A DNA stretch of 64,000 nt, taken from contig CAYNLK010000005.1 of NCBI GenBank assembly GCA_964398055.1, positions 77,875 through 141,874 on the forward strand, given 5' to 3'. The notes beneath the pieces are model-generated. The model was given only the letters and a program-made list of their open reading frames with translations, was not told the origin of the DNA and made no database searches. The stretch comes from an uncultured Caldilineaceae bacterium. GTDB lineage: Bacteria; Chloroflexota; Anaerolineae; 4572-78; J111. The position numbers and the translations under genes were made by a program. Shown in pieces: positions 8,401 through 17,785 of the stretch (position 1 is its first letter; every line of letters starts with the position of its first letter).

Positions 8401-9000
8401 TTAACTATTCTCCTGGGCCAAAATTACGCGCTCGCTGAAATAGGCTGTTAACTGTTCCCGTAGCCGCAGGCGGGCGCGGTGGAGTTGCACTTTGACTGCG
8501 CCCGGTTTAAGGCCCAACACTTCAGCCGTTTCGGCCGTAGACAAACCTTCTATTTCCCGCAGCACAAAGGTGGTGCGCAGCCGCTCGGGCAGGCCGGCGA
8601 TAGCCCGTTCCAACTCGTCTTGAGCTTCGGCCGAAGCCAGGATTGTTTCCGGGGCCTGGCTCCAGTCGGTAAAAAGAGCCGGCATAATCGCTTCGGTTTC
8701 CGTCGCTTCTGGCTCCTCAACCAGAGACTGATCTGGACGCCGCCGGCGTAATTGGTCGATGCTGGCATTATAGGCCACCCGATAAAGCCAGGTGCTCAAT
8801 TTGGCCCGCCCTTCAAATTGATCAAGCTTTTCAAACAGGCGCAGAAAACTTTCCTGAACAATCGCTTCGGCTTCGGTTTCATCTCCCAACATCCCCAACG
8901 CCAGGCGAAAGAGCTTATCGGAATAGGTTTCAAAGAGGAAGGAAAAGGCCGCTGAGTCACGACGGCGTAAGGCGACGATTAAATCAGCTTCATTCTGCAT
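8401..9000 (-). CDS. ECF (group IV) sigma-70 family factor
   Basis: Region 2 (LFRLALGMLGDETEAEAIVQESFLRLF) and a region 4 HTH (EIEGLSTAETAEVLGLKPGAVKVQLHRAR). Confidence 0.85.
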   Translation of the reverse strand: MQNEADLIVALRRRDSAAFSFLFETYSDKLFRLALGMLGDETEAEAIVQESFLRLFEKLDQFEGRAKLSTWLYRVAYNASIDQLRRRRPDQSLVEEPEATETEAIMPALFTDWSQAPETILASAEAQDELERAIAGLPERLRTTFVLREIEGLSTAETAEVLGLKPGAVKVQLHRARLRLREQLTAYFSERVILAQENS

Positions 9001-9019
9001 AACGACTCCTCAGTATTTG

Positions 9020-9045
9020 GACGGGGTGGTAAGCCAAAGGTTACA
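9020..9045 (-). promoter_or_regulatory. ECF-type (probably autoregulatory) promoter candidate
   Basis: The minus strand reads TGTAACCTTTGGCTTACCACCCCGTCCAAA (AAC-N16-CGTC), then GAGGAG as the RBS and the ATG at 9000. Confidence 0.5.
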
Positions 9046-9053
9046 GCTCAACC

Positions 9054-10385
9054 CTATTGCACACTATATTGAGTCAGTCCGGGTTCGCGGCCAACCCATT
9101 CGATGGGTGGGTTGGGATGGTAAGCCTCGGTTCTGTTCCAACCGGCCATCAGCCAGCAAAACTGTTGGCTGTTATTGAGCCAACTGGACGGAAGCCAGCC
9201 ATTGATCATGTTGCCGGTCGAGGGAAAAGTCCCGATGAGCCGGCGGTTGGTCCAATCGGCGGTGACGGGGTCCCAGTCATAAAGATAGGCTTTACCGCTT
9301 TGGTGGCGATATCTGAGCCAGTATTCGGCGCCGCGGTTGCCCCGCGGTTTGCCGGTATCAGCGTTGCAGTCGCTGTCGATATAGAAGAAATATTCCAGCG
9401 GCCGGCCGGCCGGCGGCAACGGGCCAACCGTGTAAAAGGTGGTTCTAAGGAGATCGCCGTCAGTTTGAAGTGCGATACTGGTCAAATCATAGTCAGGCAA
9501 AGGCGTATCACCGTCCGCGTCGGCCACCACTACCTGGTTGACACCCGGTCGCACGATGATGTCGCCGGTTTTGGTAGCTCCCTGCGGCTCAACATTCCGC
9601 CCCTCATTGGTCCAAAAGGCCGTCGCCTGGGTAACCAACTGCGGTGTGGTGGCGCCGGCAGCCGACACCTGAACCCGCAGCGGCTCAACCCTGGTTTTCC
9701 TGGGCAGTTCCAGCGTGGAGAAGACGACCTGTTGACCGTCAAAGCCGCCCTGAAATGGCGGCGGCGCCTCCAATGATAGAAAGGTAGTGCTGGCCGGCAA
9801 CGGTAAGGCAATCGACAGATCCCACATCCGCCGGCCGCCCACGTTGACCGGGTAAATAGTGTAGGTGATTAGCCCGTCAACCACGCTGGCCCCGGCTTCC
9901 AAACGCAGCCGCGAGCGGGGTTTTTCCCAGTTCAACGGGGTGCGGGTAATGTCGAAGGTGCTATCGGCGGTCAAGAAATCGCCGGGTTGTTCACCCTGCC
10001 AGGCAATCCAGGCGCGGGTGGTGAATTCGGTTTGGGCGGGATCGGTCACTTCGACCACAAAAGAGAGGTCTTTGAGAGAGCCGGTTAGGGTTGGGGTAAA
10101 GAAGGTGACTTCAACGCCGTCAAAGTCGACCCCGGTCGAGGGTGGGGCGCTGGCTTCAAGATAGTGCGTCCCTTCCGGCAACGGGATTTTGAAAACCACA
10201 TCGGCCATCGGCCAATCGACCTGCTTGGAAAATTGAAGCCGGTAGGTTATTTTGCCATCGGCGTAGGCAGGCTCCAACTTAAAAGCAAATGGCGGCCATT
10301 GGGCGTAGACCGGCCCCGGCCCCAGCAAGAGAGCAAGCAAAATCAGGCCGAAAAGCCAGTTTAGAGCGTGTTTGAGTTTGGTCAT
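9054..10385 (-). CDS. Secreted protein with two internally duplicated beta-rich modules, function unknown
   Basis: Signal peptide (LILLALLLGPGPVYA). There is an internal repeat: ITYRLQF...FKIPLPEGTHYLEASAPP...FDGVEVTF versus ITYTIYP...IALPLPASTTFLSLEAPP...FDGQQVVF. Confidence 0.6.
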   Translation of the reverse strand: MTKLKHALNWLFGLILLALLLGPGPVYAQWPPFAFKLEPAYADGKITYRLQFSKQVDWPMADVVFKIPLPEGTHYLEASAPPSTGVDFDGVEVTFFTPTLTGSLKDLSFVVEVTDPAQTEFTTRAWIAWQGEQPGDFLTADSTFDITRTPLNWEKPRSRLRLEAGASVVDGLITYTIYPVNVGGRRMWDLSIALPLPASTTFLSLEAPPPFQGGFDGQQVVFSTLELPRKTRVEPLRVQVSAAGATTPQLVTQATAFWTNEGRNVEPQGATKTGDIIVRPGVNQVVVADADGDTPLPDYDLTSIALQTDGDLLRTTFYTVGPLPPAGRPLEYFFYIDSDCNADTGKPRGNRGAEYWLRYRHQSGKAYLYDWDPVTADWTNRRLIGTFPSTGNMINGWLPSSWLNNSQQFCWLMAGWNRTEAYHPNPPIEWVGREPGLTQYSVQ

Positions 10386-10409
10386 GTTGTTTATCCTCCG
10401 TTGATAGGG

Positions 10410-10433
10410 AGGGGCGGACGGCCGTCCGCCCCC
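10410..10433. terminator. GC-rich hairpin between the D/N-rich gene and the secreted-protein gene
   Basis: GGGGCGGAC-GGCC-GTCCGCCCC forms a perfect 9-bp stem. A T-run follows only on the plus strand. Confidence 0.4.
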
Positions 10434-10475
10434 ACCAGTTTTTGTTAACGATGATGTGCTACCGGTCTTGGCTGA

Positions 10476-11171
10476 TTAGTCATTATCGTTATCGTCATCA
10501 TCATCGTCGTCATTGCTGTTGCCGCCATGGTCGTCATTGTCGTTGTCATCGTTATCATTGTTGTTGTCATTACCATTATCGTCATCATCGCGATCGTCAT
10601 CATTGTCGTTGTTAGAATTATCGTCGTCATCATCAAATTCATCATCGCCATTGTCGTTGAAATCGCGGTCATCGAATTCGTCATCAGAGAAATCATCATT
10701 GTCGTTGAAGTTATCATCGTCAAAAGCGCCGTTATCATTTGAATTATCGTCGAAGTCATCGTTATCGTTTCCATTGAGGTCGTCATCGTCGTTGGCGTTG
10801 CTGTTGGAGTTGACGCTGTTGTCATTTGAATTATCAACATCATTGTCATTGGCATTATCGTCGACATTATCGTTGCCGTTGTCATTGACGTTTTCCAGGC
10901 TATCATTGGCGTTGCCGCCATTGTCGTTCACATTATTGTTTTCATTGGTATTGGCGTCGTTGGCATTGCTGTTATCATCGTTGACATTGGCAGTGCTATT
11001 GTCATCAGTCACATTACTGTTGGCCTCGTCCCCGGCGACCATATTGGTGTTATTGGCCTGATTGTCATTGCTTGGCAATGAACCCGGAGCCTGGCAGGCG
11101 GTTACAACTCCGGCCAAGATTATGACCAGGATAATGACTAAGTTTGTTGAAAAAAGTTTAGAGCGTTTCAT
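10476..11171 (-). CDS. Secreted or lipoprotein-like, extremely Asp/Asn-rich polyanionic protein
   Basis: I prefer the ATG at 11171 (MKRSKLFSTNLVIILVIILAGVVTAC, signal peptide with Cys). The rest is almost only N/D/S/G/F and ends in DDDDDDDNDND. Confidence 0.6.
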   Translation of the reverse strand: MKRSKLFSTNLVIILVIILAGVVTACQAPGSLPSNDNQANNTNMVAGDEANSNVTDDNSTANVNDDNSNANDANTNENNNVNDNGGNANDSLENVNDNGNDNVDDNANDNDVDNSNDNSVNSNSNANDDDDLNGNDNDDFDDNSNDNGAFDDDNFNDNDDFSDDEFDDRDFNDNGDDEFDDDDDNSNNDNDDDRDDDDNGNDNNNDNDDNDNDDHGGNSNDDDDDDDNDND

Positions 11172-11296
11172 GGGTTCTCTCCTTGTGTTGTAATTATTGC
11201 TAGATTTAATACGTTGTGAACTTACAAACAGCAGATATACTTTTGTCTCAAATGTCTCAAAGCTTACAACGTCTTGTCTCCTTCCACCTGTCGATA

Positions 11297-12883
11297 TCAA
11301 CCTCCTTTCCCCTCATCCCGGTCCGGCTGTGGGAGCACCTGGAAGATAACCGCGTCCTCGCTGCGATAGAGTTCTCTTAGCTGCGGATCGGCCTCAGCTC
11401 GACGCAAAAACTCTTTGTGGTTCAAATCAGTCAGGACGTAACTGGCCCCAAACGTCTCGGCGATGGTCCGGGCAGGCGTCTCCACCCGCCCTTTGGTAAC
11501 ATCCACCCACAAGTCATACAGCTCGGCGTCGTACAGTTGCATATAGGTGGGATCCAGCCCCAGAGTGTAAGTGTTGTGGGTGTTGTAATAAAACAGGCGA
11601 GTAAAATCGTCCCAATCCGTCTGGAATACTCGACTGCCGGCCGGTGTGTTGGCCTGCAGCCAGGCCGACGCCCCGGCATACTGCTGGTAAGGCTTGGACT
11701 TTTGCAGGCTGGCCTGGCTGGCCTGGATATTCCACCAGATCGCCGGGATGAGAATCAGCGCCAACACCACCGGCGCCTCACGGCCAACCCACTTGCGGGC
11801 CTGGCTCCAGCCACTGAACAGCGGCCCCCAGGCCAGGGCCGAAAATAGCAGCGCAAACGCGGGGAAGTACTCCACAAAACGGCGGGATTTGAACAGCATC
11901 AACCCGAACAGCAGCGCTACCACCAGCAGCGTGGCTGTGGCCACGTTCATACGGCGCTCGTGCAACCCCAGAGCAAAGACGCCGGCCGCAAAGGCGACCA
12001 GGGCCAGCCCGGAATTTTCCACCAGAGTCCAGGTTTGATAGGGATACCACTCGTTGCCCACCCGGGTGGCGGTGGCGTCGGTCAGTTTGGGGGCCAGGTG
12101 GTGGTAAATGAAGGCCAGATTCTCGGGAAAGTAGGGATTGATGACCAACCCCAGGCCCACCCCTAATCCGGCCAAGAGCAGCGGTCTAAGCTCGAGTTGG
12201 CGTTCCAGCAGCCAGCGCACGGCCACGTACAACCCGACCACTACCAAAATCAACGGGAAGGCGTTGTATAACCACACGTACAGGAAGGCCAGCGGCAGCA
12301 GCCAGCGATACCGTTGAGTCAGGCTGAAGTGCAGCGCCAAAAACAGCACCAGCAGCGACGCCGCCTGGACCCGCGGCATACTCATGCGGTAAAGAAACGC
12401 CTCCGACACGGCCAGCAGCCCCAGCGACCACAGGGCCGCGTAAGGGACTCGCTGACCCCGCAGCAAGAGCCAGCCGGTCAGAAAGGTGAGAGCGGGCAAG
12501 ATGACGCTGGCCCATTTGGCCCCCAACCGCAGGTCGCCGTAAGTGAAGGGCATCAACAGCACGTGATAAAGGAAATGGTGGTCGTAGTAGGCCTCGGTGT
12601 TCAGAATAGTCAGCGGCAGCCAGGGAAAAGGCGGCCGTAAGCCCTGCTCCCGCATCACCTGGGCCAATTTGATATGGTAGTAACCATCATTGCCGGCTAA
12701 ATCAGGGGTCGCAAACTGGATGGCGGCCAAGACCGCGATAAAAATCACCAACAACAGTGCGCCGGTCAGGCCGACCCGCCAATTGATGGCGACAGCTGGC
12801 CAGATGAAACGGCCCGTGATCGGATTTAGTCGAACTGGCAAAGACTTGATCGGTTCTGCGCTCATAGTTCCCTTAACTCCCAT
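11297..12883 (-). CDS. Polytopic membrane protein, GT-C/ArnT-PMT-like putative glycosyltransferase
   Basis: About 11 TM helices with a DGYYH-type loop after TM1, plus a soluble C-terminal domain of about 130 aa. The assignment is by architecture only. Confidence 0.45.
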   Translation of the reverse strand: MGVKGTMSAEPIKSLPVRLNPITGRFIWPAVAINWRVGLTGALLLVIFIAVLAAIQFATPDLAGNDGYYHIKLAQVMREQGLRPPFPWLPLTILNTEAYYDHHFLYHVLLMPFTYGDLRLGAKWASVILPALTFLTGWLLLRGQRVPYAALWSLGLLAVSEAFLYRMSMPRVQAASLLVLFLALHFSLTQRYRWLLPLAFLYVWLYNAFPLILVVVGLYVAVRWLLERQLELRPLLLAGLGVGLGLVINPYFPENLAFIYHHLAPKLTDATATRVGNEWYPYQTWTLVENSGLALVAFAAGVFALGLHERRMNVATATLLVVALLFGLMLFKSRRFVEYFPAFALLFSALAWGPLFSGWSQARKWVGREAPVVLALILIPAIWWNIQASQASLQKSKPYQQYAGASAWLQANTPAGSRVFQTDWDDFTRLFYYNTHNTYTLGLDPTYMQLYDAELYDLWVDVTKGRVETPARTIAETFGASYVLTDLNHKEFLRRAEADPQLRELYRSEDAVIFQVLPQPDRDEGKGG

Positions 12884-13209
12884 TTAGATTTGTTTGAGTG
12901 GATTGCAGCATCGTCTGTCGGTAATTAACGTCGAAAAAGTGGCTCAGAAGTTACGCAGTTCGCCAAAATTGGCCAGATATTTAAGATAGTTAGATCGCTG
13001 GTTGACATCCTTAACGGCTTTTATGTCGTAAAACCTGGCCAAAAGTTGCGCCGGCCTGATGAATTTGTTGTGAATTCACCACCGGGCCGGAACTATGGCA
13101 CATCCAGCCGCTTACATTTGACGTATAATTCTTTGCGATTACCATTCTTTTAAGGTTGGGCGCGCGTCTTTTTGACGCGAATTTCGACATATAATGCGAC
13201 AAAGATACG

Positions 13210-13776
13210 ATGATTAACGACGAGCAACTGCTGGCCCAGGCCAAACAACTCGATCCCGCGGCGTTGCGAGCACTGCACCAGCGCTTCTACGAGCCTGTGG
13301 CGCGCTACATCCAGTTCAAGGTAGGCGACCGGCAAACCGTGGAAGACCTGAGCGGCGAGGTCTTTGTGCGCGTGCTGGAAGGCTTGAAGCGCGGCTACGG
13401 CTGGCGAGAGACGCCTCAGGCCTGGATTATGGGCATTGCCCGCAACGTCGTGGTCGATTACTATCGCAAAAAAGAGCGACAGGCCGAGGTGAGGCTCAAC
13501 GACCAGTTAGTCGCCGCCGAGCATAGCGACCCGACCCACCAGGCGGCCGAGAGTGAGCAACAACACCAGCTCATGCAGGCCATCCGGCAGTTGACCGACG
13601 AGCAGCGAGATGTGATTTTAATGCGTTTTATGGAGGGTATTGATATCAACGGCGTCGCCCAGGCGATCAACAAATCACCTGGCGCCGTCAAAGGACTCCA
13701 ATATCGAGCCCTGCGCGCCCTGGCCGAAATCATGGGGGCTGTTTCGGCTGAAGGGGTGGTAGGAGCAAAAAGATGA
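13210..13776 (+). CDS. ECF (group IV) sigma-70 family factor
   Basis: Region 2 (VEDLSGEVFVRVLE, ARNVVVDYYRKK) and a region 4 HTH (FMEGIDINGVAQAINKSPGAVKGLQYRAL). Confidence 0.85.
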   Translation: MINDEQLLAQAKQLDPAALRALHQRFYEPVARYIQFKVGDRQTVEDLSGEVFVRVLEGLKRGYGWRETPQAWIMGIARNVVVDYYRKKERQAEVRLNDQLVAAEHSDPTHQAAESEQQHQLMQAIRQLTDEQRDVILMRFMEGIDINGVAQAINKSPGAVKGLQYRALRALAEIMGAVSAEGVVGAKR

Positions 13777-14972
13777 CCACAAACAACAACTTCAATCGGA
13801 TGGACGACAAACTCGATCAGGCCCTGGCCCGGCTGGCCGTCGGCGCCCCCGTAGAGGTTATTCTGGCTGAGGCCGGCAACGACGCCGAACAGTTGCGGCC
13901 CCTGTTGGAAATTGCTGCGGAGGTGGCCAACCTGAAGTTGGCTGTGCCGATTCCACCGCCGGAAGCCAGCTTACAAAAGCTATTGGCTCACGGCGAAAAG
14001 TTGACACATTCAACTTGGCTGCCGGCGGCTGCCCGGCCCGGCTGGCTGGTAAATCTATTGAACATTTTTAAGGGGGGCTTCCGGCTGGCCGCCGGTTTGG
14101 CCACGGCTATGCTGCTGTTCTTGGTGATGAGTGGGACGGTCTATGTGGCGGCTCAACGCAGCCTGCCCGGCGACTCCCTCTACCGCCTTAAGCAGGTTAG
14201 CGAACGGGTTCAACTCAATTTGGCCGGCGACTCGCTCCGGCGCGAGCAACTGTCGCAGATGTTCAACCAGCGCCGCCGGGCGGAAATAGAGGCGCTGCTC
14301 AACCAGGGTAAAAGCGCCGAGGTTGCCTTTGAAAGCCAGGTTCAAGCGGTTAATGCCAGCACCATCATGTTGGATGGCCTGACCGTCCAGCTCGGGCCGG
14401 AAACCCAGATTGTTGGCCAACCAACTGCCGGGGCGCGGGTTCGGGTGCAGGTCCGCACCCTGCCGCCCAACAACCTGCTGGCCCTGACGATCACCGTGAT
14501 TGAGCCGGGCCTGCCGCCGACGCCGTCGCCCACCGCCACCGCCACCCCGTCCAAAGCCCAGGCTACCGATACACTGCCGCCAACAGCCACTCTACCTAAA
14601 GCGCAAGCGACCGATACCATCGTCTTGCCGCCCACGCCCTCACCTACGCCTACGGCCAGGCCAACCCAGCCGCCGCTGCTCACCGGTGACAACCTCAACG
14701 ATAACAGCCGGGCTGACGATTTCAACCAGAATAGTGATGACGACGTCAACGATAACGCTGATGAAAATGCTGACTTTGATGACGACAACTTCAATGATAA
14801 TGACGATGAGTTTAACGATGACGACCGTGACAACAATTCAAATGACAATGGCGGGGATGACAACGACAACAATGACGATCACTCAGGCTCTGGCGGTGGC
14901 AGCAACGATAATTCCGACGACAATGACGACGATAGCAACAACAACAATGATGATGATGACGACGATGACTAA
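13773..14972 (+). CDS. Membrane-spanning anti-sigma-like protein (DUF5667-like) with Pro/Thr linker and Asp/Asn-rich polyanionic tail
   Basis: ATGA start/stop overlap with the sigma gene and one TM helix (LAAGLATAMLLFLVMSG). A PT-rich linker leads to the tail ...ADFDDDNFNDNDDEFNDDD...NNNNDDDDDDD. Confidence 0.65.
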   Translation: MTTNNNFNRMDDKLDQALARLAVGAPVEVILAEAGNDAEQLRPLLEIAAEVANLKLAVPIPPPEASLQKLLAHGEKLTHSTWLPAAARPGWLVNLLNIFKGGFRLAAGLATAMLLFLVMSGTVYVAAQRSLPGDSLYRLKQVSERVQLNLAGDSLRREQLSQMFNQRRRAEIEALLNQGKSAEVAFESQVQAVNASTIMLDGLTVQLGPETQIVGQPTAGARVRVQVRTLPPNNLLALTITVIEPGLPPTPSPTATATPSKAQATDTLPPTATLPKAQATDTIVLPPTPSPTPTARPTQPPLLTGDNLNDNSRADDFNQNSDDDVNDNADENADFDDDNFNDNDDEFNDDDRDNNSNDNGGDDNDNNDDHSGSGGGSNDNSDDNDDDSNNNNDDDDDDD

Positions 14973-15021
14973 ATTAATATAACCCGATGCTGTCCGGACG
15001 TATGTCGCTGCATCTGAAAGC

Positions 15022-15055
15022 AAAAGAAGCCCCGAGGGTAGTTGGGGCTTCTTTT
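15022..15055. terminator. Bidirectional terminator between convergent genes
   Basis: AAAAGAAGCCCC (15022..15033) pairs with GGGGCTTCTTTT (15044..15055). The A-run and T-run on either side suit both strands. Confidence 0.6.
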
Positions 15056-15091
15056 GGATTCAGTTCCCTGATGACATTTAAAAAACGTATT

Positions 15092-17785
15092 CTAACCCAG
15101 CTCCTTCAACCGATCCCAGGTTTTGGCGGCCTGGAGTTCCAGGTCCGCCAGTTTCTCCCGCTCTCGCTCAACCACTTCGGCCGGGGCCTTGTTGACAAAG
15201 CCCGGATTGGCCAGCTTGGTCTTGCTGGCTGCTATCAGCTTTTCAAGTTGAGCGATTTCCTTCTGGCAACGCTCGCGCTCGGCCGCCAAGTCGATCATAC
15301 CGGCCAGCGGCAGGAAAATCTCGATGCCGCCGGCAATCACCTGCCCGGCGGCCTGAGCCGGCTTCTCCGCCAGGCTCACCGACAGTTCCAGCCGCTCCCC
15401 ATCCAACCGGGCCAGAGCGGTGATGATCTCCTGGTGTTTGACCAGCAAATCATAATGCTCGCCGCCGGCCAGGTAAGCGGCAATCCGTTTGGCCGGTTCC
15501 ACGTCATATTCGGAACGAATGTTGCGAATCGCACGAATCACCTCGATCAAGACAGACATCTGGGCTTCGGCCTCGTCGTCGAGCAGGGCCGGACTCTGGC
15601 TGGGCCACGCGGCGATCATCAAGCTCTCACCCTCGTGAGGCAGATGCTGCCAGGCCGCCTCGGTGATAAAGGGAATGAAGGGATGGAGCATCCGCAGGGT
15701 CCGGTCCAACACATGGACCAGCACCCGGCGGGCGGTGGCCTGCGCCCGCGCATCCGTACCGTACAGCCGGATTTTGGCAACCTCGATATACCAGTCAGCA
15801 AACTCACTCCACAGAAAATCGTAAAGTTGGCGGCCGGCCTCGCCAAATTGATAACTATCAATGAGGCGGGTCACGTTGGCCACCAGCCGGTTGAGCCGGC
15901 TCAGAATCCAGCGATCCGGCAGGGTCAAACCGGAGAGGTTCCAGGTACTGCCGGCGCCGGATTGAAAGGCGGTGCCCAAATTGCTGACCACAAAGCGAGT
16001 GGCGTTCCAAATTTTATTGCTGAAGTTTCTATTGGCGGCAATCCGCTCGATTGACAGGTTCATATCATTGCCGGGCGTCGAGCCGGTCAGGAGGGTGAAG
16101 CGGAGGGCGTCGGTGCCGTATTGATCCATGATCTCCAGCGGATCGAGCACATTGCCGGCCGTTTTGCTCATCTTCCGGCCATGCTCGTCCCGAATCAGGC
16201 CGTGCAGGTAGACAGTGTGGAACGGGACCGTGCCGGTGAACTCCAAACCGCTCATAATCATCCGGGCCACCCAGAAGAAGAGAATATCGTACCCGGTCTC
16301 CATCACGCTGGTGGGGTAGTAACGGCGCAGGTCGGGGGTGTCATCCGGCCAGCCCAGCGTCGAGAACGGCCACAGGCCGGAGCTAAACCAGGTGTCTAAC
16401 ACATCCGGGTCCTGCTCAAGCCGTTGGCTGTGGCAGTGGACGCACTCGGTCGGGTCCTGGCGGGTCACGGTCATGCCCTGGCAATCGGCGCAATACCACA
16501 CCGGGATACGATGGCCCCACCACAACTGGCGGCTGATGCACCAGTCGCGAATGTTTTCAAGCCAGTTATTGTAAACCTTGGTAAACCGATCCGGGATGAT
16601 GGTAATCCGGCCGTCGGCCACGGCGGCCAGCCCTTTCTCGGCCAGGGGTTTGGTTTTGACAAACCACTGGGTCGACACCATCGGCTCGACAACCTCGCCG
16701 CCCCGCTGCGAGCGGGGCACCTGCATCCGGTACGGCTTGACCTCGATGGTCAAACCGGCGGCCTCCATATCGGCCCACAACTTCTGGCGGCACTCAAAGC
16801 GGTCCATCCCGGCGTATGGCCCGGCGTGCTCATTCATGGTGGCGTCTTTGTTCATCACGTTGATGATCATCAGGCCGTGGCGCTGGCCAATCTCAAAGTC
16901 ATTGGGGTCGTGACCCGGGGTGATTTTGAGCGCGCCGGTGCCAAAAGCCATATCCACATAGGTATCGTGGATGACCGGGATGGTCCGCTTGAGCATGGGC
17001 ACCAGGCAGGTTTTGCCGATCAGGTGGCGATAACGCTCGTCGTCGGGATGGACGGCCACGGCAGTATCGCCCAAAATAGTTTCGGGCCGGGTGGTCGCCA
17101 CCGGCAGGAACTCGTCGCTGCCGGCGATGGGATATTTGAAAAAGTAGAGCCGGCCCTCTTCCTCGCTGTACTCCACCTCAAGATCGCTGACCGCAGTTTG
17201 CAAGCCGGGCGACCAGTTGATCAGGTATTCACCCCGGTAGATCAGTCCCTTTTCGTACAGGCTAACAAAGGCTTCGCGCACCGCCCGCGACAGCCCCTCG
17301 TCCATGGTAAAGCGTTCCCGCTGCCAGTCACACGAAGCCCCCAGCCGGCGATGCTGCCGGGTGATGATCCCACCATACTTCTCTTTCCAGGCCCAGGTAC
17401 GTTCCAGAAATTTGTCGCGGCCAATGGCCTCACGGCTGGTACCTTCCTCTCGCAGCGCCCGTTCCAACTGCAGTTGGGTGGCGATGCCGGCGTGGTCGGA
17501 GCCGGGCACCCACAGAGCCGCCCGGCCATTCATGCGGTGGTAGCGGATCATCAGGTCCTCCACCGACGCGGTTATGGCGTGGCCCAAATGGAGGGCGCCG
17601 GTTACGTTGGGCGGCGGCATCGAAATGACAAAGGGTTCAGCCGTCTCAGGGGCGATTTCCGGCTTGAAGTAACCCTGACTCTCCCACCAGTCATAGAGCG
17701 GCTCTTCAAACAGGGCTGGCTCATAGGCCTTGGCCATATTTTCCGGGTCGATGGGTAAGTTCTGCTTCGTTAACTCGTTTGCCAT
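15092..17785 (-). CDS. valS: Valine--tRNA ligase
   Basis: Class I HIGH (PNVTGALHLGH) and KMSKS (GRKMSKTAGN) motifs, an editing domain and a C-terminal coiled coil. I prefer the ATG at 17785 (MANELTK). Confidence 0.95.
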   Translation of the reverse strand: MANELTKQNLPIDPENMAKAYEPALFEEPLYDWWESQGYFKPEIAPETAEPFVISMPPPNVTGALHLGHAITASVEDLMIRYHRMNGRAALWVPGSDHAGIATQLQLERALREEGTSREAIGRDKFLERTWAWKEKYGGIITRQHRRLGASCDWQRERFTMDEGLSRAVREAFVSLYEKGLIYRGEYLINWSPGLQTAVSDLEVEYSEEEGRLYFFKYPIAGSDEFLPVATTRPETILGDTAVAVHPDDERYRHLIGKTCLVPMLKRTIPVIHDTYVDMAFGTGALKITPGHDPNDFEIGQRHGLMIINVMNKDATMNEHAGPYAGMDRFECRQKLWADMEAAGLTIEVKPYRMQVPRSQRGGEVVEPMVSTQWFVKTKPLAEKGLAAVADGRITIIPDRFTKVYNNWLENIRDWCISRQLWWGHRIPVWYCADCQGMTVTRQDPTECVHCHSQRLEQDPDVLDTWFSSGLWPFSTLGWPDDTPDLRRYYPTSVMETGYDILFFWVARMIMSGLEFTGTVPFHTVYLHGLIRDEHGRKMSKTAGNVLDPLEIMDQYGTDALRFTLLTGSTPGNDMNLSIERIAANRNFSNKIWNATRFVVSNLGTAFQSGAGSTWNLSGLTLPDRWILSRLNRLVANVTRLIDSYQFGEAGRQLYDFLWSEFADWYIEVAKIRLYGTDARAQATARRVLVHVLDRTLRMLHPFIPFITEAAWQHLPHEGESLMIAAWPSQSPALLDDEAEAQMSVLIEVIRAIRNIRSEYDVEPAKRIAAYLAGGEHYDLLVKHQEIITALARLDGERLELSVSLAEKPAQAAGQVIAGGIEIFLPLAGMIDLAAERERCQKEIAQLEKLIAASKTKLANPGFVNKAPAEVVEREREKLADLELQAAKTWDRLKELG

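Noticed and set aside
10445-11061. ORFs 10445..10921 (-), 10513..11061 (+) and 10527..10742 (+), with bizarre M/T/I-, S/L- or I/V-only translations.
   Set aside because: They are alternative frames of the GAT/AAT-repeat DNA encoding the Asp/Asn-rich protein. Only the frame with a signal peptide (10476..11171) makes biological sense.
13011-13335. Minus-strand ORFs 13011..13244 and 13150..13335 upstream of and overlapping the third ECF sigma gene.
   Set aside because: They overlap the sigma gene start and the intergenic promoter region and have no domain signatures. I also could not define a convincing promoter for this sigma gene, so none is reported.
16424-17758. Long antisense ORFs inside well-supported genes. 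Examples are 16424..17758 and 14987..16054 opposite valS, 53103..54065 and 56827..57738 opposite membrane-protein genes, and 42960..43781 opposite the cyclase gene.
   Set aside because: These are typical high-GC shadow ORFs. Their translations are Arg/Gly/Pro/Ala-rich with no motifs, and the opposite strand carries unmistakable conserved domains.
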